A DNA stretch of 64,000 nucleotides from Octopus sinensis (GCF_006345805.1 NC_043007.1:43152001-43216000); one strand, 5' to 3'. Shown: positions 26,391 through 37,834, numbered from the stretch's first letter. The notes: generated from the letters alone by a model not told the origin. Numbers and translations: made by a program.

Positions 26391-27024
26391 CTTTCCACAC
26401 AATATTTTTCATACAATAACACACACATGCGTGCGCACACATACGCAGAAATATATTTTTAGCCATTGACTAGTTAAAGGGGCTGAGTAGGGGATGTGGA
26501 ATAAATACATCGAAGGAGTGTGCCATCATAAAAGAGTGTTGATAGTAGTAAAATAAGTCTAGTTGAAAAATAAAAGTTAAAATCAAAGGAAAGGGTATCT
26601 ATTTGCAAAATTTAATATCATTCGACTGAAACACACTAACTGTGCACTACTCTGTCCAGAAGCATGTTAAACAGCAGTTTCATCACCTCTCTACTACATA
26701 CAATACTTTATGAGTTAACAAGGGGCCATCACAAGGTTCTTTGAATTGCAAGAAATAGTAACCAAATTTCTCTCAAGTTATACCCTGCCATTTCAAAAAA
26801 CAGAATAAAGTATTGGAAGATGGGATGGAATGGTCATGGCTGGAATGCTTCTAATCATAGCTTCTGCTCAGTCAAAGCCAACTTCAATCATGCAACAACA
26901 ATAACTTATATCTAAGAAAAGGGAATGCAGCTGTGACACACTCTTTCATATACTACTCATATTTACCCTGAACACACTCTGTTATCTTGCCTGAAAAAAT
27001 TTTTTAATGGACATTCAAATGTAT

Positions 27025-27112
27025 ATTATGTATATATATATATATATATATATACACGCAGACACACGCACACGCACACACATATATATAAATATATACA
27101 TATATTATATAA

Positions 27113-27143
<31 letters not shown>

Positions 27144-27190
27144 CGCACACACACAAACATATATATAAATATATACATATATATATATAA

Positions 27191-27223
<33 letters not shown>

Positions 27224-27302
27224 CGCACCCACACACAAACATATATAAAATATATACATATATATAAACATACATAATATATATATATATATACACACAT
27301 AC

Positions 27303-27343
<41 letters not shown>

Positions 27344-27767
27344 CATATATATATACATACACATACATATATACATACATATATATATATACATACACAT
27401 ACATATATATATATACATACATATATATATACATACATATATATATACATACATATACATACATATATATATACATACATATATATATACATATATTTTT
27501 ATATATACACAATATATATATATATATATATATACATAATAATACATGCATATATATATATACACATACATACATATATATACATACATACATATATATA
27601 CATACATACATATATATACATACATACATATATATACATACATACATACATATATAACATACATACATATATACATACATACATATATATACATACATAC
27701 ATATATATACATACATACATATATATACATACTACATATATATACATACATACATATACATACATAA

Positions 27768-27823
<56 letters not shown>

Positions 27824-27855
27824 CATACATATACACACACACACATACATATACA
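27025..27855. repeat. 830-bp compound TA/CA/TACA microsatellite with an 18-bp higher-order unit
   Basis: A TACATACATACATATATA-like unit repeats across about 27550-27750. Confidence 0.95.
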
Positions 27856-27954
27856 ATAATAAAAATAAAAAAACAGAAAAAAGACAAAAAAAAAACTATG
27901 TGAAGACATAGTACAAAGTATCAATAAGATGTGCAGAGAAGGAAAGGAGTGGTT

Positions 27955-27989
27955 TTTTTACATTTCAAGCAAAGCTCTTCTTCAGAAAC
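27955..27989 (-). ncRNA. Minimal HHR motif, same family as 62446-62480
   Basis: GUUU CUGAAGA A GAGC UUU GCUU GAAA UG UA AAA. Confidence 0.6.
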
Positions 27990-28130
27990 AGGAGACACAG
28001 GAAAGTCCAAGAGAATAGAAGGAAGGAGGAAAAGTCGCCAACAGTCCACATGTAGTTACACATACATATATAGCTTGACTACTAAATCCACAAGCTGTTT
28101 TATTCTCTCTCTGTTTATTTTCTCTTATTC

Positions 28131-28166
28131 CTTTCTGTTGAAGAGTGTAGGCTCAAAATGTAAAAG
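28131..28166 (+). ncRNA. Decayed minimal HHR-like motif with CUGUNGA core
   Basis: CUUU CUGUUGA A GAGU GUAG GCUC AAAA UG UA AAAG. Confidence 0.45.
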
Positions 28167-28336
28167 ACTTTCTCACTTTCCTAAGCATCAAACTAATACA
28201 CTAGCTTGTTGTTCATACATCTGTCTTCATGTTTTGTTTTTCTATAAAATTTCAACTATATGTGTGTATGTTTATACACACACATAATATGTATGTATAT
28301 ATATGTGTATTATTATATATGTACATCTATATATAT

Positions 28337-28368
<32 letters not shown>

Positions 28369-28700
28369 CATATATATATGTAACATATATATATATTATA
28401 TACATATATAATGACATAATATATAACAAACATATATAAAAACATACATATATAAATACATACATATTAAATACATACATATATATATATATATTATATA
28501 TATAGTATATATATATAATAATAATAAATATAGGGAATTAATCAAAATTTACAGGGAAAAATCGATTTAGGATTGAATCCAATTTTATAGTAAAATATAA
28601 AATAATATTAATTAGAGACAAAACCACTATTATGCAATCAAACAAGAAAGACTTAATCCATACATAAAAATTTTTATAAAATTAAATATAATTAAGATAT

Positions 28701-28745
28701 CAACTACGATCGTTTCTTGTCACTTCTATTGACATCATCAGGTGG
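28701..28745 (-). ncRNA. Type-I HHR motif (left arm)
   Basis: CCAC CUGAUGA UGUCA AUAGAAG UGACA A GAAA CGAUCG UA GUUG. Confidence 0.7.
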
Positions 28746-28784
28746 TTTCAAGACCTTCTTTGCATTGCAAAGAAGGTCTTGAAA

Positions 28785-28833
28785 CCACCTGATGAATGTC
28801 AATAGAAGAAGTGACAAGAAACGATTGTAGTGG
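28785..28833 (+). ncRNA. Type-I HHR motif (right arm)
   Basis: CCAC CUGAUGA A UGUCA..UGACA A GAAA CGAUUG UA GUGG. Confidence 0.7.
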
Positions 28834-28984
28834 ATATCTTAATTTTTTGATTTTTTTTTTTGATTTTTTAGTTTCAGCTCATGATCTGTGGCCATGCTGG
28901 GGCACCGAAAATTTTTTATGTATTGGATTAAGTCTTTCTTTGTTTGATTTGCATAATAGTGGTTTTGTCTCTAATTAATATTAT

Positions 28985-29044
<60 letters not shown>

Positions 29045-29053
29045 AATACATAC

Positions 29054-29114
<61 letters not shown>

Positions 29115-29153
29115 CATACATATATATATATCATATTATACATACACAAACAC

Positions 29154-29240
<87 letters not shown>

Positions 29241-29287
29241 CATATATACAGTTGTAAACTGTAAACATAACTGTCACCACTACTACA

Positions 29288-29332
29288 TGAACCTGAAGAT
29301 TGCAAAGTTTAATGCATGAAAGTACTAGTTCA
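29288..29332 (+). ncRNA. Minimal type-I HHR motif
   Basis: UGAAC CUGAAGA U UGCA AAGUUUAA UGCA U GAAA GUAC UA GUUCA; palindromic stem III AGUACU. Confidence 0.75.
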
Positions 29333-29350
29333 ACCAGAATATGGATATAT

Positions 29351-29836
29351 AGGCACAGGTATAACTGTGTGGTTAAGACGTTTGCTTCATAACCATGTGG
29401 TTAGGGGTTCAGTCATATTGCATGGCTCTTTGAGTAAATGTCTACTACTACAGCCTCAGGCCAACCAAAACCTTGTGAGTGGATTTAGTAGATGGAAACT
29501 GAAAAATCCCATAGCATATATGTGTTTATGTGCAGTTTTGTGCGTATGTGTATGCATGTGTGTGCACACATGAATGCATGAGTATTTCTGTACCCTTGCC
29601 ATGACATTGCACAATAGTTGCAAATGAGTGTCAGCATCATACAAGCTGTGTCATTCATTTCCTATCTTCCATCGAAACATGTCTGGCCATGAGAAAATAT
29701 TACTTAACTTGGAAACAGGTAAGGGTTAGAGACAGGAAGGGCATCCGGCCACAGAAAATCTGCCTCACTGCTGTATGCCTGACCTATGCAAGCTGGGAAA
29801 TGTAAATGTTAAAACAACAACAACAATGATGATGAC
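29351..29836 (+). mobile_element. tRNA-derived SINE with RTE-like 3' tail
   Basis: OR-like head; tail contains AGGAAGGGCATCC (29734-29746) and ends in (AAC)n(GAT)n like the RTE 3' end. Confidence 0.8.
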
Positions 29837-30124
29837 ATGTACACAGATAGACATACACACACACACATACATGTATGAGAGAGAGGGGGGGGGGCAAACA
29901 CATATATTAGAATGCTGATCAGACAATGTATGAATTGGCTATACCAGTTATATATATTTATACACACACACCAGTTATATATATACCAGTATATACCAGT
30001 TATATATATTTATACACCAGTTTATACCCGTATATACCAGATATATATTTATACACACACACACACATATACACACATACATACATACATACACACACAC
30101 ACGCACGCACGCATGCACGCACAT

Positions 30125-30165
<41 letters not shown>

Positions 30166-30279
30166 TACATACATACATACAGGTATGGTAATGCAAACAG
30201 GAAAAATAGAACTCAGAATATAGGTATATGTATATTTTTATTAATATTTAGCAGAAGTAACAGAGTGACTCAAGGTCCA

Positions 30280-30329
30280 AGAGTTTGATAAGTGCCAGTG
30301 CACGAAACTCTCAGACCTTGAGTCACTCT
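30280..30329 (+). ncRNA. Fully paired type-I HHR with U3-A8 core and GUC triplet
   Basis: AGAGU UUGAUAA GUGC CAGU GCAC GAAA CUC UCAGACCUU GAG UC ACUCU; all three stems are Watson-Crick. Confidence 0.8.
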
Positions 30330-30910
30330 GTAAATTTTGTTAAATATTAATAAAAAAATATATGTATATACATGCGCGCGTGCACACACACATCTGCTAG
30401 AAGATAGTTGAACATAGTGACTCAGTTATTACAATAGTAAACTTCCACTATAGTAGTTTACAACCACTCCAGTGCTACACATCAGTTTTCCACCACAAAT
30501 AAACGTGCTGCTGTTATATATCATTCCTCAACTACAAAAATGTTTATATATCACTCTGCAGCATACTGTAACTGCATAACATTTCCCATCACAGACAACA
30601 CGATGCACCAACTATAGAAACACAAATATATGATGCCACACATCTACATTTATGCATGACCATACATGCATATATATATGTGTATGTGTGTGCATGCATG
30701 TGAATGTATGTTACAGTTTATAAATGTGTATGTATATATAAATATATATATATGTATATACACAATTGCACATGCAAGCTTACATGCATATGTCAGAGCA
30801 TATATGCATAGTTACTTGTATGTACACATGTTTGTGTGTGTGTATATATGTATAGGTATATATGTGTCTGTATCTCTCTCTCCCTCTCTTTCCATATATA
30901 TATATATATA

Positions 30911-31250
30911 TGGCTGTATGTTTAAGGAGTTTGCTACCCAGCCAGCTATGTAGTTTTTGATCCAGTCTCACTGCATGGCAGCTTGGGCAAGTGTCTTCTA
31001 CTATGGCTGCAGACCAATTAAAGATTTGTGAGTGAATCAAGTAGATGGACACTGAAAGAAGCTCGCTGTGTGTGTGGGAGGATCTCCTTGTCTTGACATT
31101 GTGCATTATTTGTACTCAAGTGTCACCATCATGCAAGTGATGTCCTTCATTTCCAGTCTTCTGTGAAAAAAAAATTTCTACCCATGGGGAAATAATATTT
31201 TGATTGAAAACAGATGTGTGCTTGCAGCAGTAAGGGCATCTGGTTGTACT
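30911..31250 (+). mobile_element. SINE with RTE-like tail, decayed
   Basis: Aligns with 29351-29836. Confidence 0.7.
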
Positions 31251-32530
31251 CACACATACACAAATCCATACATGAAAAGAATTACATAAGTGTGCACATG
31301 AAAACTTACATCAAAAAAATTTACATAAATATACATAAATTTACATGCATGAATTTCAGCATGTGGTGTGTATTTGTGCATACATATATATATATACATG
31401 CACACACACATGTGTAGGGAGAGAGAGAGAAATAAACTATCTGTCAGCCATCAAAGCTGTATTCCTATAATAATATGTGATTGCACACATCAACTGTGAA
31501 CTTGATATGCTTCTATGCATTCAACAGAACATTTCAGCACCTTTCATCTACAAACACTTAATGTCTGAAGAAGTTGTTTGATCAGTGTTTGATGTTTGAG
31601 GAACAATTTTCCTGTAAAAGAACTTTCTAATCAATAAAAAGCAAATTTCTTTGCCAATTCCTTCATTATGAAATCATTCCCTTTAAATTCAACTGCAATC
31701 ATTACATCAAATGCAGTTGACTGCATTTAACTGCACTTCACTATTTTCACTTAGTATAACATATACAAATGCCAGAAGCCAAGCTGTCCAACTGTTATAA
31801 AAAGACACACACAGACATGGACGGCAAAATCTCTATATAATTCAGAGATGTGTCTAATTGGTACTTAACAATTAAATTTGTTGCATTTAGTAAATAAATG
31901 AGAATTTTCCTCTTGGCTAACGGTGGTAACATTCCTAGATTTGATACCAATTCCCTATGGGCAAGAGCACCTGCTAAGAATCAGAGCCAAATAATTTAAG
32001 TGGGTATAAACTTGTAAATTATAAACAGGCAATACAATTACTTTATCAATGCAGCTATTTCCCTTCTATAACACAGAAACATACTGATCCAACAAGAGAA
32101 CCTATAAACAGTTTCTAAACCTGCTAAAATTTGAAACTGATTTTCACTTAAATCACACCTTATTACCATAAAAAAGGAAGGACACCTATAAAATGTAATA
32201 AATACATGTGCCTGAGAAAAGATGAGACATTTACAACTGTAATGTTTTGGTCATAGGTCGGCATGATCCAGGCTGACCTAGGACTAAAAGACAATAATAA
32301 ATATATATATATAGAAAGAATGTATAGAGGTACAGATGGAAGGAAGGTGAGAATTTAAACTGAATAAAACGGGCATATTAAAGCATATCAGCAAATACAT
32401 GCACACAAACATACACACAATCTATGTTCACACATACTTGACTTCCTTTGACTATATATATATTCAATTATAAATGAGGAAGCAGTATGAATATCAAAAG
32501 GCAATTTTTATGTACAACTTAATGTGGCTA

Positions 32531-32690
32531 TATTGTTAGAATGCTGAATACCGTGGTACTCGCTTTGAGAGGTTCTGTGATAGACTACGTGGTGCATAAA
32601 AGCACAGACATATATCATAGCAGACACCCAAGCAAGACAATTCTTAGACCTGATAAGGTGAATACTGCAGCAGTCAGCATTCTAACAATA
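32531..32690. mobile_element. 160-bp element with 17-bp TIRs (MITE or tiny solo LTR)
   Basis: TATTGTTAGAATGCTGA at 32531-32547 and its perfect inverse at 32674-32690. Can also be read as TG...CA from 32534 to 32687. Confidence 0.7.
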
Positions 32691-33231
32691 CATCCTTGTT
32701 AAATCGGATATAAAGACTGTCTTTTCCTATTTATATATATAAGTTAGTATGTGTAGGTGTGTGTTACACATTTATGGATGAAAGGATTTTCTCAATTGGC
32801 TTTTACAATATATTACTGACAAAAACCAACATGATATCCAAAAAGATTTGAGCTCAGAAATATGTAGCATTAAGCTCACCACAATGCAACATTTGATCTG
32901 TTTCTGCCATCACCACCAAACTTACTCTCCAAAAAGAAAACCATTACACATAAAGATACAAAAACTCTTATACATATCACACACAAATTGGTCTATGGTT
33001 GAGAATTTTGATTCTTAGCCATATGATTTCAGGTTCAGCTCCAATGCATGGATCCTTGGACAAGTGACTTCTACTATAGCCTTGTGGTAATCAAAGCCTT
33101 GAGTGTGTATTCAGTGGACAGAAATTAAAAGAAGAGTATCATATATATATATATATATATATATAGATATATATATATATATATATATAATATATATATA
33201 TATACTTTATTTAAAAGCAGCAGAAAATTCA

Positions 33232-33283
33232 ACAAAACCTGTTACTCTGAGTTTCACGTTCCCGTTCGTCGGACAGTTTTTGC
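33232..33283 (-). ncRNA. Type-I HHR motif with U4C core
   Basis: GCAAAAACUGU CCGACGA ACG GGAA CGU GAAA CUCAGAG UA ACAGGUUUUGU. Confidence 0.75.
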
Positions 33284-33598
33284 TAGATTCTAGCAAAAAC
33301 TGAAAAAGTGAAATTAAATTTTAAGGTTATACCAGTAATGATGTTAAATATCTTCTACCAAAAAACAGAATTAGCATTTCCTGCAAGTCATGTTGTCTCA
33401 ACAAAAGATAAGTTGAAATACAAAAATGCTTTCAGTAGTTAAGGGTAATGAAATTTTGAGCAGATATCTTATTTCTGCAATATTATTCTATGTCTATCAA
33501 TTGTTGATCTTTAAAAAAGTATGATAGCACATGATAAAACAACTCTGAAGAGCCACATCCTTAAATTTAATTTTAATCTATACATTGAGGAGAATAAT

Positions 33599-33930
33599 GC
33601 ACGCAGGAATGGCTGTGTGGTAAGTAGCTTGTTTACCAACCACATGGTTCCGGGTTCAGTCCCACTGCGTGGCACCTTGGGCAAGTGTCTTCTACTATAG
33701 CCTCAGGCTGACCAAAGCCTTGTGAGTGGATTTGGTAGACGGAAACTGAAAGAAGCCCGTCGTATATATGTATATATATGTGTGCGTGTGTGTGTTTGTG
33801 TGTCTTGTGTTTGTCCCCCTAGCATTGCTTGACAACCGAAGCTGGTGAGTTTATGTCAAATAACTGAAACAAGTAACTGAAACAACTGGCCGCAGTCAAA
33901 TAACTGAAACAAGTAAAAGAGTAAAGAGTA
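33599..33930 (+). mobile_element. OR-like SINE with rearranged 3' half
   Basis: Low-divergence head; the mid-body is replaced by repeated pieces of the tail. Confidence 0.9.
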
Positions 33931-34265
33931 TTGAAGTGAGGTATTGCTAGAGAGGTGACCAACCTCTTTCTGGTACAGTGAGTTAAGCTTCTCAGACAAA
34001 TATGTAATAAAGTGGTCCATATCTGTGGTTATGTACTCTGGATACACTGACAGCTTAAACCTAAACATTAAAACAACTCCACAAAAAGATACCTTGAGAT
34101 TAGAAAAAATGTATTATGGAAAGCATCTAGCAAATAGCAATCTCTATTAAACAGAGTATCAGGGTGACCACCAATTACACATCCATCCACACAAATAGGT
34201 GTAAGTGCATACCTGTGTATATTATATATATATATATACTTTATTTAAAAGCAGCAGAAAATTCA

Positions 34266-34317
34266 ACAAAACCTGTTACTCTGAGTTTCACGTTCCCGTT
34301 CGTCGGACAGTTTTTGC
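34266..34317 (-). ncRNA. Type-I HHR motif, identical to 33232-33283
   Basis: Duplicate copy. Confidence 0.75.
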
Positions 34318-34632
34318 TAGATTCTAGCAAAAACTGAAAAAGTGAAATTAAATTTTAAGGTTATACCAGTAATGATGTTAAATATCTTCTACCAAAAAAC
34401 AGAATTAGCATTTCCTGCAAGTCATGTTGTCTCAACAAAAGATAAGTTGAAATACAAAAATGCTTTCAGTAGTTAAGGGTAATGAAATTTTGAGCAGATA
34501 TCTTATTTCTGCAATATTATTCTATGTCTATCAATTGTTGATCTTTAAAAAAGTATGAAAGCACATGATAAAACAACTCTGAAGAGCCACATCCTTAAAT
34601 TTAATTTTAATCTATACATTGAGGAGAATAAT

Positions 34633-34972
34633 GCACGCAGGAATGGCTGTGTGGTAAGTAGCTTGTTTACCAACCACATGGTTCCGGGTTCAGTCCCACT
34701 GCGTGGCACCTTGGGCAAGTGTCTTCTACTATAGCCTCAGGCCGACCAAAGCCTTGTGAGTGGATTTGGTAGACGGAAACTGAAAGAAGCCCGTCGTATA
34801 TATGTATATATATGTGTGTGTGTGTGTGTTTGTGTGTCTTGTGTTTGTCCCCCTAGCATTGCTTGACAACCGAAGCTGGTGAGTTTATGTCAAATAACTG
34901 AAACAAGTAACTGAAACAACTGGCCGCAGTCAAATAACTGAAACAAGTAAAAGAGTAAAAGAGTAAAGAGTA
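34633..34972 (+). mobile_element. OR-like SINE (duplicate copy)
   Basis: Duplicate of 33599-33930. Confidence 0.9.
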
Positions 34973-35259
34973 TTGAAGTGAGGTATTGCTAGAGAGGTGA
35001 CCAACCTCTTTCTGGTACAGTGAGTTAAGCTTCTCAGACAAATATGTAATAAAGTGGTCCATATCTGTGGTTATGTACTCTGGATACACTGACAGCTTAA
35101 ACCTAAACATTAAAACAACTCCACAAAAAGATACCTTGAGATTAGAAAAAATGTATTATGGAAAGCATCTAGCAAATAGCAATCTCTATTAAACAGAGTA
35201 TCAGGGTGACCACCAATTACACATCCATCCACACAAATAGGTGTAAGTGCATACCTGTG

Positions 35260-35314
<55 letters not shown>

Positions 35315-35365
35315 ACACATGTGAGTGAAGAGGCAGCGAGAGATTTACGTATGAATATTTATGTG

Positions 35366-35417
<52 letters not shown>

Positions 35418-36005
35418 TATAGAAGAAAATGTGAGTGATAGATTATATACACACACACACACACACACACAATCTTAAGTACAATGTAAGTTTTATTCTT
35501 CATGGAACAATTATTAAAATGTGTGTATTTTAATGATTGTTCCTTGAAGAATAAAACACACACACACACACACACACTTGCAAATACACTTAAGGTTATT
35601 CATTTGATATTTGAATCACCATTAATGTCTAGGTAAGACCGTTCAAAATAAAGTAGTTTCCAGACAATATACTGTTATACACATAGTGTCACACAAAGCG
35701 TACTCATTTGCCTGCCACTAAGTCTTGTATGTACATATAAGCACATGTACATATTTCCACACAAAAACATCATTACATACACATACATTCACATCATGAA
35801 GAGAAAATACCAATATATATATACACACATACATATGCACACACAAACAGACATGTGCAAATATTCCAGACAAAAATATCATTATACACGTGCATAAACA
35901 TATTCTTATATGATCTGCATACACGCTCAAACATAAATATGCAAGTTGTTCGATTCATAAGTGCACTGTAACCATGAGTTCTGCTGTAATTGCAGGCATC
36001 TTTCA

Positions 36006-36019
36006 GTTGCCATGGCAAC
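36006..36019. promoter_or_regulatory. Perfect RFX X-box palindrome GTTGCCATGGCAAC
   Basis: Exact match to the established RFX consensus; 16-bp palindrome with flanks; lies in non-repetitive sequence. Confidence 0.55.
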
Positions 36020-36450
36020 TTAAGCACCTCAGCCCTTGGTCTCCGCTGAATGATTGATGACTGGATTTGGCATAGAACAGAAGGCTGAATCACATGTCTG
36101 CTACATTTAAAGAGCAGCGTGGAGTAGGAGAGTGGTTGACAGGGAAAAGGGAAGGTAAGGACTATGAGAAGAGACTGTCTGAGCAACAAGTAGTAATGGA
36201 ATAGAGGATATAGAAAACAAATAATGAACGCAGATGCAAAATATATAAACCAACATTTCAATGAAATGTCCTTGCAGGAGGGCACAAGAGAAATGAGTTT
36301 GATAGCTCATCAGATTCTTTATACACATAGAAAGCCTTGTTAGCAATTTCGATTACAATAAAATAGTGAGCAAAAAAAATAGCTCCTTTTCAAGCCTACA
36401 AATGTACATATCTCTTTCCCCCCCACTCTCTTCACACACACATACACATA

Positions 36451-36500
<50 letters not shown>

Positions 36501-36519
36501 GATATATATATATATATAT

Positions 36520-36569
<50 letters not shown>

Positions 36570-36724
36570 CTTTTAATAGAACTCAGCGATCCAATACCAT
36601 AGATTATGTGCAAATATATTGACTGCACAAAACATATGTTACTGAACCACTAAATTCTATTAAAAGAAATTATTTATCCAATTACGCAGTTACCAATACA
36701 TACATACATATACATATCTATCTA

Positions 36725-36758
<34 letters not shown>

Positions 36759-37619
36759 TGAATGTATGTATGTATGTGTGCGTGTATCAACAGCTAACTC
36801 CTGGACTTATATATACTGGCATGTCACCCTTTGTATGACAGATAACTTTAGAAGTATACTTTTGTTACCATGGCTAATATCAGGATATGTAGTATACATG
36901 CAGTAATTATAATTTAACTTTTATCAAATTTCTCAGTGCTTATAGAAAATGATGAAATGAATACTATTTTTCAAAAGAAAAGTATTAGTTTAAAATAAAA
37001 TTAAATAAAACAGATTTTTCATTTGTATATTTGCCATTATTTTTCTATATTTTATCAACAAAATAGCCATCTACTCCATCAAGTACCGATATCTGCAAAA
37101 TTTTATTAGAAATCATGTATTTTCAAAATGTTATCATTGCCTGCTACTAAGTCTTATGGGCATTCATCTTATACCTCTTGTGTTAACTCTCTCTGTATCT
37201 CTTATTTTCTCTCCCTTCTCTCTGAACAACATAAAGCATGGTGGGGGCTATCAACCGATCAACACTTTATCATCTATCATCTTATAGTGATTTTAATGGA
37301 AGTTGAAAATTCATAAAATATTACTCAAGTTCTTATTTTCAAACAATAATGAAAAATGGGACATAAAAATGGTATATCATACACAATATGAAGAAGTTTC
37401 AGAGGGATCATCTTTTTTTTTTTCCCAACCTCTATTTTCCAAGATTCATTAAAAACAATTCTGTTAATTAATATTTAACATTTTTTAGTTTCCTTGCAAT
37501 CAGATTTGTTTTGTTTTTTTATACATCTGGATTATAAATATTTTTTTTCTACAAAAGATCTTTATACATGCATGTTTCCTGTATGTATTTTGTTCTTATG
37601 TTTTTATATACATTTTGCA

Positions 37620-37810
37620 GAGGATTTGCAGAATCAATGGAGCTTTATTACTTAGCCAGCTCTTTACATTCTGAATTCAAAACCTGCTGATGTCATCTTT
37701 GCTTTTCATCCTTCCAAGATTTATAAAATCAGTTACCAGTCTAATATTGGGTTGATATAATCAACTGGTCCCTTCCCACAAATTTGAGGCCTTGTGCCTA
37801 TATAAGAATT
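37620..37810 (+). mobile_element. SINE family M
   Basis: Aligns with 8009-8221. Confidence 0.75.
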
Positions 37811-37834
37811 CATATTTTTTTTGCATATATATAA

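Larger units (their letters stand above)
28601..28985. repeat. Large inverted repeat of a PLE-type terminal sequence, centred on 28765
   Basis: Perfect 30-bp inner arms 28735-28764 / 28766-28795. Homology continues to 28601 and 28985, interrupted by a SINE-tail fragment at about 28870-28907. Confidence 0.9.
33203..35262. repeat. Head-to-tail duplication of a 1.03-kb unit bounded by (TA)n
   Basis: 33203-34220 and 34237-35262; offset 1034-1042; only a few differences seen. Confidence 0.95.

Noticed and set aside
27004-27924. Long ORFs rich in Y/I/C/V/M/H/T, here and at 11.5, 15.9, 29-30, 35 and 60-62 kb
   Set aside because: They are translations of (TA)n/(CA)n/(TG)n microsatellites, which lack stop codons in some frames.
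31520-31625. Strong minus-strand acceptor ttcttttacag
   Set aside because: All frames stop within about 22 codons and there is no good donor.
11308-33551. Isolated CUGA(U/A)GA heptamers at 11308, 17674, 23548 and 33545
   Set aside because: No stem II-GAAA-stem III-NUH arrangement follows.
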